Positions 37,872 to 47,309 of a DNA stretch of 64,000 nt are shown one piece after another. The stretch lies in assembly GCA_021648285.1 (NCBI GenBank), contig JAKITC010000006.1, positions 10,057-74,056 of the forward strand, given 5' to 3'. Within the stretch, counting starts at the first letter, position 1. Every line of letters starts with the position of its first letter. Below the pieces are notes generated by a model. The model did not search any database and was not told the origin of the DNA. It was given only the letters and a program-made list of their open reading frames with translations. A program made the translations under genes and the position numbers. The DNA is from Sulfurimonas sp. GTDB lineage: Bacteria; Campylobacterota; Campylobacteria; Campylobacterales; Sulfurimonadaceae.

Positions 37872-40706
37872 TTAATCATCAAACTTAATATCTACACTGA
37901 TTTCTTTTAAATCTCTAATAAGCTTTAATTTTACACTTCCCTCAATAAACGCAAGTTCTGTTTTCAAATCAAATATACTTTTTATTGGGGTACCGTTAAA
38001 GGAGACAATAGTATCACCCACTTTAATCTCAGCTTTTGAGGCAATAGATTTTTTAACAAGCTTAATGACTTTCAAGTTTTCATCTGATTCAAGGAAGACA
38101 CCAAGTTTTTTCGCCTTTTTTGTACTGATTGCTGATGGGTATAGTAAATAATCAGCAATACCGGTCTCAGGGCTTGTAAGATTAAGAGTAATTGTATAAT
38201 CTGAAATGCCTCGTCTGTTAATTCTGCTTGGAATTCCATATCCATGCATAATATGACCATTTCCAGCCAATACTGCCATAGAGTGTTCAGGATTTTTTTG
38301 CATATAATCAACTATATTTTTTGCCATTGATTCATCCCAAAGCAGTTGTGCGTGATAGAATTCATCAAAATTTTTAAAATTTTTGGATTGATGCATTGAA
38401 TATACCAACATTAGATATTCTTTATACTTTTCATTGGAAAAATCAATTGAGTTTGGCACCTCTGAGCGCTGTTTATCATTTAAAGCATCAAGACCTTTGC
38501 TTACTACTATTTTTGTTATCTCTCTATCTATATTAAGAGCTATGATAGGTATGTTGTTCTCTTTTGCAAAAAGCATAATAGGTCTATATAACTCATAATC
38601 ATACTTCCATCGTTTAAAATACTCTGTCTTTGCGACCATCTCTTTTTCATCAATCTTACCTGCTATAAATGCATCAAGGTACTTCTGAAATGGTTTTTGA
38701 AACATCTCCATACCAATAGAAAGTTTTGGATTGTTTTTATACATCGCTTTAATAATTTTTAGTTGATTTAGATGACTTGAAAACTCTGTATGTTTCTCGC
38801 CGACAAATACAACTCTGCTTTTTACCAGCTCTTTAGATATCTCACTGAATTTTTTAGCCTTAGGTTTTATTACTAATGAACCACTGTTTAACTCGTATAT
38901 GATACCTTTTTGAGATGGTTTTATGGTTTTTTTTGTAATAACTCCATCTTTAAATACAACACTTGAGTATTTTCCAAGATGTTTAAGTTGATAAAAAATA
39001 GATCTTGAGAGTTTCTTCATATCAAATACAGCAAGCACTTTTTCACTGTTTAAAGGATTTTTAAACATTTCAAATTTAGCATCATCCTCCATTTTAAAAG
39101 GTATAGAAATCTGATTTAACAGTGAATTGTTAGCACCTAAAACAAGAATATTATTATTTTTAAGCTCCTCAAACGTTATCGTATCAGCATATTTAAAATT
39201 TTTATATACGTGTTTCATATTTTCAAATTTTTTCTCATCAGCTCTGTCAATTACAGCAATTATATCACTTTTAAGAACCCTTGAAATAACAGGGGAAATT
39301 TCTTTTGCATATAGTTTTCTAAACACTTCATAATTCTCATCAAAAATAATTTTTGAAGGCTCAATATCTAACTCAATGCGCATATTTTTTTTTCTCAAGT
39401 CTATTTTAGTTGATAAACACTCTTTATCTGAGCAAATTTTCATAGGAAGAAAACCTTGCTGTAAATTACTAACAATTTCAAACTCAAGAATGTACCTGTT
39501 TTTGAGATAACTCAAATTTAAATTATTAATTTTAAAATCTAACGCGCCTTTGCTATATACCCATGTTTTGAAAAAATCAAGCAATTTTTCACCTGACACC
39601 TCTTCGTATACTTCCATTAAGTCCCTGTACGTAGCAACTTCAAAAGGATATTTTTCAAGAAGTTTTTTAGTTCCCTTAGCAAATGCTTTTTTTCCTATTT
39701 TTTGCTCTAACATATAAAAAAAGATGGTAGCTTTGCCATACCCAACAGCATTTTTACTCTCTTGTGTTTTACTTGTAAATTCAATTAGTGCAATTTCATT
39801 TTCAGGATTAACATATGAGTTATACTTTACTAACATCTCCTTTCTGTAATCAGCTGCTCTGCCTTCTTTTTTAGCATAAAGATAATCAGAATAAAATGTA
39901 TTTATTCCTTCAACCCAGTTTCCAACATCTGGAGTGTATACATAGTTACCAAACCATTGATGTGCTATCTCATGCCCCAAAGAGTTCTCTAAAACAAAAT
40001 CCTTATTTATAATCTGTTTTCCAATCAGAGTATATGTCGGCATAGAGTATCCAGCGGGAAAGGGTGTTTCTACAATTGAAAACTGTTTAAATGGTAAAAA
40101 TCCAAACATCTCCCTGTAAAGATTAAAATACTCTTCACTCTTATCAAAATATCTTTTTGAAAGAGACGAATCATCCGGATAAAAATATGTTGAAAGTTTC
40201 ATTCCATTATTGGCAGTTGTAGAGTTGACTGTATAGTTCTTAGATGCTATTATGTGAAGTCTGTCTAATGGATAATCAAATATAAAACTTTTGCCCTCTT
40301 TTGTCCCTTCTGTTCTAGTTGCTTCAGTAACGATTATAGCTTCTGAGTTAGAAATAACCGTCTCGTGTTTACACATCACATCAATTCTAGGGTACCATGC
40401 TTCAAGCAGTATGGCATCACCTTTTATGGACTTAAAACCGTAAGTGAATGTCATCTCAACATCTTTATTGACATCCTCTTTTACTAAATATGGAATATTA
40501 TTATCAACACTAAGCGTTGCATTTTTAATCTCAGTGATTTTTGCCTTTGTATCTAGCATTTTCATTGATGGATGATCACTTTGTATAGTGGCATGACCTT
40601 TGAGTAAACCTTTATCTATGTCTAAATCTATTTTAAGCGAATAACGGCATTCATGTGCGTAAAGTGAAGACAAAATAAGAGTTAGAAGTATCAGTGCTTT
40701 TTTCAT
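37872..40706 (-). CDS. Exported M1 aminopeptidase-like + ChaN (haem-binding) + PDZ fusion
   Basis: Signal peptide; HEIAHQWFGN...WVEG; VFVGEKH, IGMEMF, QLLWDESMA, LAGNGH (ChaN); C-terminal PDZ. Confidence 0.82.
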   Translation of the reverse strand: MKKALILLTLILSSLYAHECRYSLKIDLDIDKGLLKGHATIQSDHPSMKMLDTKAKITEIKNATLSVDNNIPYLVKEDVNKDVEMTFTYGFKSIKGDAILLEAWYPRIDVMCKHETVISNSEAIIVTEATRTEGTKEGKSFIFDYPLDRLHIIASKNYTVNSTTANNGMKLSTYFYPDDSSLSKRYFDKSEEYFNLYREMFGFLPFKQFSIVETPFPAGYSMPTYTLIGKQIINKDFVLENSLGHEIAHQWFGNYVYTPDVGNWVEGINTFYSDYLYAKKEGRAADYRKEMLVKYNSYVNPENEIALIEFTSKTQESKNAVGYGKATIFFYMLEQKIGKKAFAKGTKKLLEKYPFEVATYRDLMEVYEEVSGEKLLDFFKTWVYSKGALDFKINNLNLSYLKNRYILEFEIVSNLQQGFLPMKICSDKECLSTKIDLRKKNMRIELDIEPSKIIFDENYEVFRKLYAKEISPVISRVLKSDIIAVIDRADEKKFENMKHVYKNFKYADTITFEELKNNNILVLGANNSLLNQISIPFKMEDDAKFEMFKNPLNSEKVLAVFDMKKLSRSIFYQLKHLGKYSSVVFKDGVITKKTIKPSQKGIIYELNSGSLVIKPKAKKFSEISKELVKSRVVFVGEKHTEFSSHLNQLKIIKAMYKNNPKLSIGMEMFQKPFQKYLDAFIAGKIDEKEMVAKTEYFKRWKYDYELYRPIMLFAKENNIPIIALNIDREITKIVVSKGLDALNDKQRSEVPNSIDFSNEKYKEYLMLVYSMHQSKNFKNFDEFYHAQLLWDESMAKNIVDYMQKNPEHSMAVLAGNGHIMHGYGIPSRINRRGISDYTITLNLTSPETGIADYLLYPSAISTKKAKKLGVFLESDENLKVIKLVKKSIASKAEIKVGDTIVSFNGTPIKSIFDLKTELAFIEGSVKLKLIRDLKEISVDIKFDD

Positions 40707-40827
40707 TATATAGGTATCCTTTTGTATTATAAATATTATTGTAACTAGAAAAAGAATACAAACAACAATATTTAAAAAATAATTGTGTATTATTTAATTT
40801 ATAATAATTATTAGATAGAATACATAC

Positions 40828-42531
40828 ATGGAAAAAAAGCTAAATAAACGAGAGCGATATAAAGCTCAACTTAAACCAATTGACTACTATAAAGATTTTG
40901 AAAGTATAGATTTTGAGAGCCTCGGAGAGGGAGACAGATTCTATCTTCAAGATTTTGGAATATTTAACACTGACTTCTTAGAAGATGAATTTACCATTCG
41001 CATCCGTATACCCGGCGGAAGAGTTACAGCAGAGCAGTTTCAAAGTATTGCGGTAATAGTAGATGAATACGACCTTAAAATAATTCTAACAGCCAGATCT
41101 GGAATACAACTTCACAATATAGAAGCTGATGATGTTTTAGACATACATAAACGAATAAATGCTCTTGGGGTGTCAACATGGCAGAGCTTTGGAGATAATG
41201 TTAGAAATATTGTAACAGATGCGTATGACGGGCGTGGCAAATATAGTAAGATAGAAGTTTATCCAATTGTTATGGCGATGAATGACTACATCATAGAAAA
41301 TCCTCGATATGTAGGTATGCTTCCTCGTCGTGTCTCTGTTGGAATCTCCGGCAACAGCACAAATGTAACTTCATTTTTTGCAAATGACATATATTTCGGA
41401 TTAGCAAAAAAAAATGGTGAATTTGGCTTTAATGTTTATATGGGCGGTAAAAATACAGAGGTGGCAAGACCTGCTGATATATTTTTAAAAGAAGATGAAG
41501 TTTTTAATTTTTTCAAAGCTTTTGTTGAAGCATTTTATCTGCATGGTTCCCGTTATACTCGCTCTAAAACCCGTATATTTCATATGATAGAAGAGCATGG
41601 TATGGATAGTATGAGAGCTCATATTCAATCTGAGTATAAAAAAGATTTTGAGAGTGCCGGAGAGCTTATATTGGAAAAAGCAAAGTTCTCAGAATTTCAT
41701 GAACTTAAAGATGAAACTTTTGGATTTTGTTATCAAACAGATTGTTCAAGACTAAATGCAAAAGAGATAAAGGAGATTGCTATATTTGCTACAGAACATA
41801 GAGCAGAGATCCGTTTTGGAATTGATCAAAACATCTATATACTTGGTTTAAAAGAGCCGTCATCTACGCTAAAATCACCAACCATAACTGATACAATTTT
41901 AACATGTGCCGGTAATCTATGCCCATATGCGGTTTGGAGTATTAAAGATGACACATCTTATCTGCCACTTGAGAAGATTAATGAACATCAGATTCAAGTT
42001 GGCTTTTCCGGCTGTGCTAAAGGGTGTGGAAGACATAGACACACAGACATTGGTCTCATAGGGCTAAAAACAAATAATTTTGGTGATACGGATGGTGGAG
42101 CCAGAGTCTTTTTAGGTGCCCAGCACACCGAAGGAAAATCAACAGCACGACAACTCTTTTCAATGGTTCCATTTGTTCACCTAAATAGTGTTGTTTCTTT
42201 AGTTATAAAATTATTTGAGCTTAGTGGTTACAAAGGGTTTGAAGAGTATTCAGCAGATATATTAAACAAATACTCTGAAGATTTTGTTTCAATATGGGTT
42301 TTAGCAAATCTTGAAACTAATAAATCCATAGGTTTAGAAAGACCTCAAAAAGAGAAAAATTTTGAATATGAAAAAGAGTTACTAAGAAAAGAGTTTCCAG
42401 ATTTGGATTTTTGGCAACATGTAGATGAAGATTTTTATCCTGCAATAAGCTACTTAGGTAAAAAACTTTGGACTATTGAAGGTGAAGATCCTCATTATAA
42501 ACCAAAGGTACATAGAACAAATTTTCGCTAA
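40828..42531 (+). CDS. Ferredoxin-type nitrite/sulfite reductase (siroheme)
   Basis: RIRIPGG, TARSGIQ, GDNVRN, LPRR, CAGNLC...SGCAKGCG. Confidence 0.85.
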   Translation: MEKKLNKRERYKAQLKPIDYYKDFESIDFESLGEGDRFYLQDFGIFNTDFLEDEFTIRIRIPGGRVTAEQFQSIAVIVDEYDLKIILTARSGIQLHNIEADDVLDIHKRINALGVSTWQSFGDNVRNIVTDAYDGRGKYSKIEVYPIVMAMNDYIIENPRYVGMLPRRVSVGISGNSTNVTSFFANDIYFGLAKKNGEFGFNVYMGGKNTEVARPADIFLKEDEVFNFFKAFVEAFYLHGSRYTRSKTRIFHMIEEHGMDSMRAHIQSEYKKDFESAGELILEKAKFSEFHELKDETFGFCYQTDCSRLNAKEIKEIAIFATEHRAEIRFGIDQNIYILGLKEPSSTLKSPTITDTILTCAGNLCPYAVWSIKDDTSYLPLEKINEHQIQVGFSGCAKGCGRHRHTDIGLIGLKTNNFGDTDGGARVFLGAQHTEGKSTARQLFSMVPFVHLNSVVSLVIKLFELSGYKGFEEYSADILNKYSEDFVSIWVLANLETNKSIGLERPQKEKNFEYEKELLRKEFPDLDFWQHVDEDFYPAISYLGKKLWTIEGEDPHYKPKVHRTNFR

Positions 42532-42673
42532 TTTATATTTATCTTGGCTTACTCATAAGTCTAGTATCTGCAAAAAATGAAATAGATTAACTTCCACTAA
42601 GATAGGCTTGATGTGTATAAAGGTATAAATATTGCTCTAAGTTGACATAAGTAAATAAACTTATATCTATAAA

Positions 42674-43450
42674 ATGATGGAATACTCAGATACAATGAAA
42701 AAAGTCACCAGAATTATTATCATATTGGTTTTATTTTTAAGCATTACCGGATGCAGCACCAAAGAAGACTACTCTTTTGTTAAATCTATCTTTCAAACAG
42801 ATGGTGCTTCCACGGTGAAAGCACATGTAGATATACTTAGAAATAAATTACTCGAATATAAAATTAAACTAAATAAACGAAATCCAAATTACTATTGTAA
42901 AAAAACAGATGAAACTATAACAAATGAGATAAAAAATAGTACAAATAATTTAACTCTTGCACTACTAACAAACAAAATAAACAGCACATACAAAGATTAT
43001 TTAAATATAGCATTTAGTTCTGAGTATGTAACGGATAGAAACGACTATCTAATAATGGGAATATACAAGTTGTTCTACCGGGCATATACAGTTGAGAGAA
43101 GTCACACCGTTACAACAATGCAGTATGACATTGAGAAACTTCAAGAAGCAAATAAAATGATGCAAATCATACAGTACAAAATTCAAACAGCAACAAATAA
43201 TGATGGCAATTATCTCTTTATTACATGGCAGAGACCATGGCAAATTGAAGTCTTAGCAAAAATAAATAATAAAAAAGAGATTGATTTAGATAAATACACC
43301 AAAAAACAGCTACTCTACCACTCAAATATGAGTTTTCAAGTTATAAGCTCAGGTATGATTTCTACAATTCAAGAAACACTTAAATCTCTTGGTGCTGAAG
43401 CCACCAATTTAAGCAGGTCTGCAATAAAAAGTATTTTTATATTTTTGTAA
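42674..43450 (+). CDS. Hypothetical lipoprotein
   Basis: MKK...SITGC lipobox. Confidence 0.7.
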   Translation: MMEYSDTMKKVTRIIIILVLFLSITGCSTKEDYSFVKSIFQTDGASTVKAHVDILRNKLLEYKIKLNKRNPNYYCKKTDETITNEIKNSTNNLTLALLTNKINSTYKDYLNIAFSSEYVTDRNDYLIMGIYKLFYRAYTVERSHTVTTMQYDIEKLQEANKMMQIIQYKIQTATNNDGNYLFITWQRPWQIEVLAKINNKKEIDLDKYTKKQLLYHSNMSFQVISSGMISTIQETLKSLGAEATNLSRSAIKSIFIFL

Positions 43451-43469
43451 TAATTTAGAAAAATATAAT

Positions 43470-44138
43470 TTAAACTTCCAACCTGTAACCAAACCCTTTT
43501 ACGTTTTTTATTAAGTTTTTGGAAGTTTTTGCTCTTATCCTTCTTATAAATGTCCTAACTCTTTCATCACTAACATCTGAAGTCCACAAAGTCTCTTTTA
43601 TAATATTATCATCTATAACACTGTTTACATCTTCTAGCAGCAGAGATAAAAATTTAATCTCATTTTTTGATAGTGGAACAAATCTATCATTTTTATATAG
43701 TGAGTTTGTGGTTTTATTAAATACAAAATCTTCGCTTAGTTCTACATGCTTATTGCCTAGTTTTGGGGCTAAACCATTGATATAATCTAAGAGTTCATCT
43801 GGATCAAATGGTTTTAAGAAGTATTTTGTAACGCCTATATCTATGGCATCAAAGAGTTTCTCTTTCTCAGAAAATGCACTAAGAATTATAATAGGAATAT
43901 CCGAATTTATTTGCTTTAGCTCTTTTGCCATATCAAGTCCGGAAAGCCTGGGCATCATAATATCTGTGATAACTATATCGGGCTTTATTTTTAAAAACAA
44001 CTCTCTACCCTCTACGCCGTCTGATGCAACTATAAAACTATGAAAGCTATCGCCAATAGCATCTTTTAAAAGTCTAGATATATTCTCTTCGTCTTCAACA
44101 AGAAGAACTTTTAATTCCTTTAATGCTTTATTTTTCAT
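43470..44138 (-). CDS. OmpR-family response regulator
   Basis: LLVEDE, ITDIMMP, KPF, winged-helix NVKGFGY. Confidence 0.93.
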   Translation of the reverse strand: MKNKALKELKVLLVEDEENISRLLKDAIGDSFHSFIVASDGVEGRELFLKIKPDIVITDIMMPRLSGLDMAKELKQINSDIPIIILSAFSEKEKLFDAIDIGVTKYFLKPFDPDELLDYINGLAPKLGNKHVELSEDFVFNKTTNSLYKNDRFVPLSKNEIKFLSLLLEDVNSVIDDNIIKETLWTSDVSDERVRTFIRRIRAKTSKNLIKNVKGFGYRLEV

Positions 44139-45339
44139 GACTGTCCAACGGTATTTTTATAATAAAGTTTGTTGTGCCTTTTCTACTTTTCACATCCATA
44201 AATCCATTTAAGCCTTGTTCACAAATCATTTTAGACATAAACAGACCCAAGCCGGTACCTTGACTTTTGTGTTTTGTTGTAAAGTATGGCTCAAAAATCT
44301 TTTCAAGGTTCTCTTTTGATATTCCTCCTGCATTATCCTGTAATTGGATTATTGCAAAACCATCCTCTACTCTAGTGCTTATACTTATTTCTCTTATCAA
44401 AATACCATTGTTAACAAAAGCATATTTTGAGTTGTTAATAAGATTGATAATAACCTGAGTGAGTTCATTGGTCACTCCAAGCACTTCTATATCAATAAAA
44501 TCTGTTTTAATGATTATCATCTCATCATTTATAATATTCTCTAAAAGCCTAATAGACTCTCCAATACTATCACTTATATTAAAGTAATGTTTTTCTTTTT
44601 GTGGAGTAAAAAAGTTACTAAAATCATCTATGGTATCTGACATGTTTTTAATAATGTTTTTGCTCTCATCATAAAACTTTGTAACATCATCTCTATTATC
44701 ATTTTGCACGGCTTTTTTTATACTAAACATAGCTAAACTAAGTTCTGTAAGTGGCTGTCTCCACTGATGTGCAATATTTGCAAGCATTTGACCAAGACTA
44801 GCATGTCTTGATTGCCAAAACATTACGCGTTGCTTATCTTCATTCTTTGTTATTTCATCTTGTACACGCTGTTCTAGAGTTTTGTTTAACTCTTTTAACT
44901 CTCTTGTTTGTTCCTCAACCCTCTTTTCTAGGTTTCTGTTTAACTCTTCATACTCTGCCTCTTTTTTTAAGAGTTCCTCTTTTAATATAAGCTCTTTTGT
45001 TACATCATATCTGATAGCAACAAATTCAACAATATCTTCATTTTCATCTAATATGGGAATTACCGTTGTATTTACATAAAAAGTAGAGCCATCTTTTGCT
45101 AGATTTTGAACAGTATCTTTATATATCTTTTTTGCGTTTATTGTGTCCCATAAAAGTTTAAACTTTGACTCTTTGACGTCAGGATGCCTGACTATATTAT
45201 GGTTTTGTCCTATCAGTTCATCTTTTGAATAGCCACTAATGCTACAAAACTCATCATTCACAAAAGTAATTATCCCATCAATATCAGTTTTAGAGATTAT
45301 ATTACTTTTTTCAATAGCTTCTTTATACTGTTTTAGCAT
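44128..45339 (-). CDS. Cytoplasmic PAS sensor histidine kinase
   Basis: PAS (HNIVRHP), IAHQWRQPL, DNAGG, FEPYFTTK, GTGLGL; start MLKQY at 45339. Confidence 0.9.
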   Translation of the reverse strand: MLKQYKEAIEKSNIISKTDIDGIITFVNDEFCSISGYSKDELIGQNHNIVRHPDVKESKFKLLWDTINAKKIYKDTVQNLAKDGSTFYVNTTVIPILDENEDIVEFVAIRYDVTKELILKEELLKKEAEYEELNRNLEKRVEEQTRELKELNKTLEQRVQDEITKNEDKQRVMFWQSRHASLGQMLANIAHQWRQPLTELSLAMFSIKKAVQNDNRDDVTKFYDESKNIIKNMSDTIDDFSNFFTPQKEKHYFNISDSIGESIRLLENIINDEMIIIKTDFIDIEVLGVTNELTQVIINLINNSKYAFVNNGILIREISISTRVEDGFAIIQLQDNAGGISKENLEKIFEPYFTTKHKSQGTGLGLFMSKMICEQGLNGFMDVKSRKGTTNFIIKIPLDSHEK

Positions 45340-47293
45340 TGATATTTCTATTCTCCATAAATTTTTGCATCTCTTTTGCAGGCAATGGCTTAGCATAATA
45401 ATAACCTTGAATCTTATGACAGCCATTCTCGAGCAAGAAATCTCTCTGAATCTCTTCTTCAACTCCCTCAGCAATAACATCAAGTTTTAAGCTGTTCGCC
45501 ATAGCTATAATTGCTCTAACAATAGCCTTACTATCTTCATCATTTGGAATATCATCAATAAATGACTTGTCAATTTTTAATTTATTTATTGGAAATTTTT
45601 TTAGATAAGATAGCGATGAATAGCCTGTTCCGAAATCATCTATTGCAATTTTTATATCTAAAGCGCTTATCTTTTCGAGTTTATCTATTGATTTTTCAGG
45701 TTTTTTCATAATATCGCTCTCAGTTAGTTCTAATTCTATATGTTGGGAGTCTAAGGAGAACTTCATTATGTTATCATTTAATTTCTTTATATAATCCTCC
45801 TGTTCTAAGTTTTTAATGGCAAGATTTAGTGAAAGTACCCCTGGATTATAGCCATCTTTATACCATTGGCTAAACTGCTTCATAGCTATGTTCATTACTA
45901 GATTGTCAATCTCAACTATCAGCCCTAATTCTTCTGCTAAGGGTATAAATTTAAAAGGCAGCACTAAACCAAATTTTGGACTTTCCCACCTAACTAAAGC
46001 TTCCATTCCTATAAGTTTATTACTGCGAGCATCTATTTGCGGCTGATAAAAAACAACAAACTCTTCAATTTTAATAGCTTCGTGAATGGCAGCCTCCATA
46101 ACGACTCTCTCCAATACCAACTTTGTCATCTCATTTGAGTAGAACTGAAAATTATTTTTACCCTCTTCTTTAGCTTTGTACATCGCACTGTCAGCATCTT
46201 TAATAAGAGCAAAAGAATCTGTAGCATCCTTAGGATAAAGACCGATACCTATACTGCATGAGATGTAAAATGTGTGTTTATTTATTACAAAAGGCTTTGA
46301 TAATATCTTTAAAATGTTTTGTGCCAGCCTTGATGTTCCTTGAATATAATTAAAATCTTCTAAAATAACACTAAACTCATCACCACCTAAACGAGAGAGA
46401 GTGTCATTACTGCGAATAACATTTTTAATCCTTGAACTTACAGCAATTAAAGCTTTATCTCCAACATCATGACCCAAAGAATCATTTATAACTTTGAAAT
46501 TATCCAGATCAATAATATATAGTGCCAAAATAGTACCGTTTCGTTGTGCTTTTTGAATTCCTTGTTTCAATCTGTCATTAAACAAAATTCTATTTGGCAA
46601 AGCTGTTAACAGATCATAATTTTTTTGATAATCAAGAGTGCTTTCTTGTTCTATTATTTTATCTTGAGCTATTTTTTTTGCTAAAAGGTGTTCTTTAGCT
46701 CTGTTTTTCTCTATGATTATTTGCTTAAAGTTATTTGAGTAACGCTTACCGGAAGTTCCAAAGTAATACATAGATAATGCCAAGAGTATTGCTCCTGTAT
46801 TATATACATCATCATTTTGCATAATCATCCAAAGTAATGTAAATCCAAGCATAGTAAAAACATATGAAATATATATACTAAAAACTTCACCAATTGTAAG
46901 AATAGAACCAGCAGCTAAACCAACGATAACAGCTAAAATTAAAAAGTGATGCTCTGTAGGTAAACTATGTACAAAAAATAGCATCAGTCCGAATGCCAAT
47001 CCACTTAAAAACATCACAATTTTATAATAAACAAGCCAAGCATATAAATCGTTGAAGTTATCTATTTTATCTTTTATTTTATTGTATTTAAAAGCAATAT
47101 ACATACGAATTAATAAAATAATATAATGAGTAAAGACACCAAAAAGAATTGTATTTATAGGTATTTTAGAATCTATAAAGAGTATTGCCAACAGCATAAG
47201 AACAAGAAAATGTCCTATTATCCCTGTCTTTGTATTTTGATATATACAATCTATTGCCTCTTTGGTGGCTTGTTGCTCAATTGTTAAATTCAT
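45323..47293 (-). CDS. Membrane-bound GGDEF-EAL diguanylate cyclase/phosphodiesterase
   Basis: N-terminal TM segments, RLGGDEF, EAL, DDFGTGYSS. Confidence 0.93.
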   Translation of the reverse strand: MNLTIEQQATKEAIDCIYQNTKTGIIGHFLVLMLLAILFIDSKIPINTILFGVFTHYIILLIRMYIAFKYNKIKDKIDNFNDLYAWLVYYKIVMFLSGLAFGLMLFFVHSLPTEHHFLILAVIVGLAAGSILTIGEVFSIYISYVFTMLGFTLLWMIMQNDDVYNTGAILLALSMYYFGTSGKRYSNNFKQIIIEKNRAKEHLLAKKIAQDKIIEQESTLDYQKNYDLLTALPNRILFNDRLKQGIQKAQRNGTILALYIIDLDNFKVINDSLGHDVGDKALIAVSSRIKNVIRSNDTLSRLGGDEFSVILEDFNYIQGTSRLAQNILKILSKPFVINKHTFYISCSIGIGLYPKDATDSFALIKDADSAMYKAKEEGKNNFQFYSNEMTKLVLERVVMEAAIHEAIKIEEFVVFYQPQIDARSNKLIGMEALVRWESPKFGLVLPFKFIPLAEELGLIVEIDNLVMNIAMKQFSQWYKDGYNPGVLSLNLAIKNLEQEDYIKKLNDNIMKFSLDSQHIELELTESDIMKKPEKSIDKLEKISALDIKIAIDDFGTGYSSLSYLKKFPINKLKIDKSFIDDIPNDEDSKAIVRAIIAMANSLKLDVIAEGVEEEIQRDFLLENGCHKIQGYYYAKPLPAKEMQKFMENRNINAKTV

Positions 47294-47309
47294 TTTTTCT
47301 CTCTTAAAT

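Noticed and set aside
45340-45483. Track N-terminal extension of the histidine kinase (also the 27428, 27075, 31417 and 52777 starts)
   Set aside because: These extensions overlap neighbouring genes, operators or repeats; downstream starts with RBS fit better
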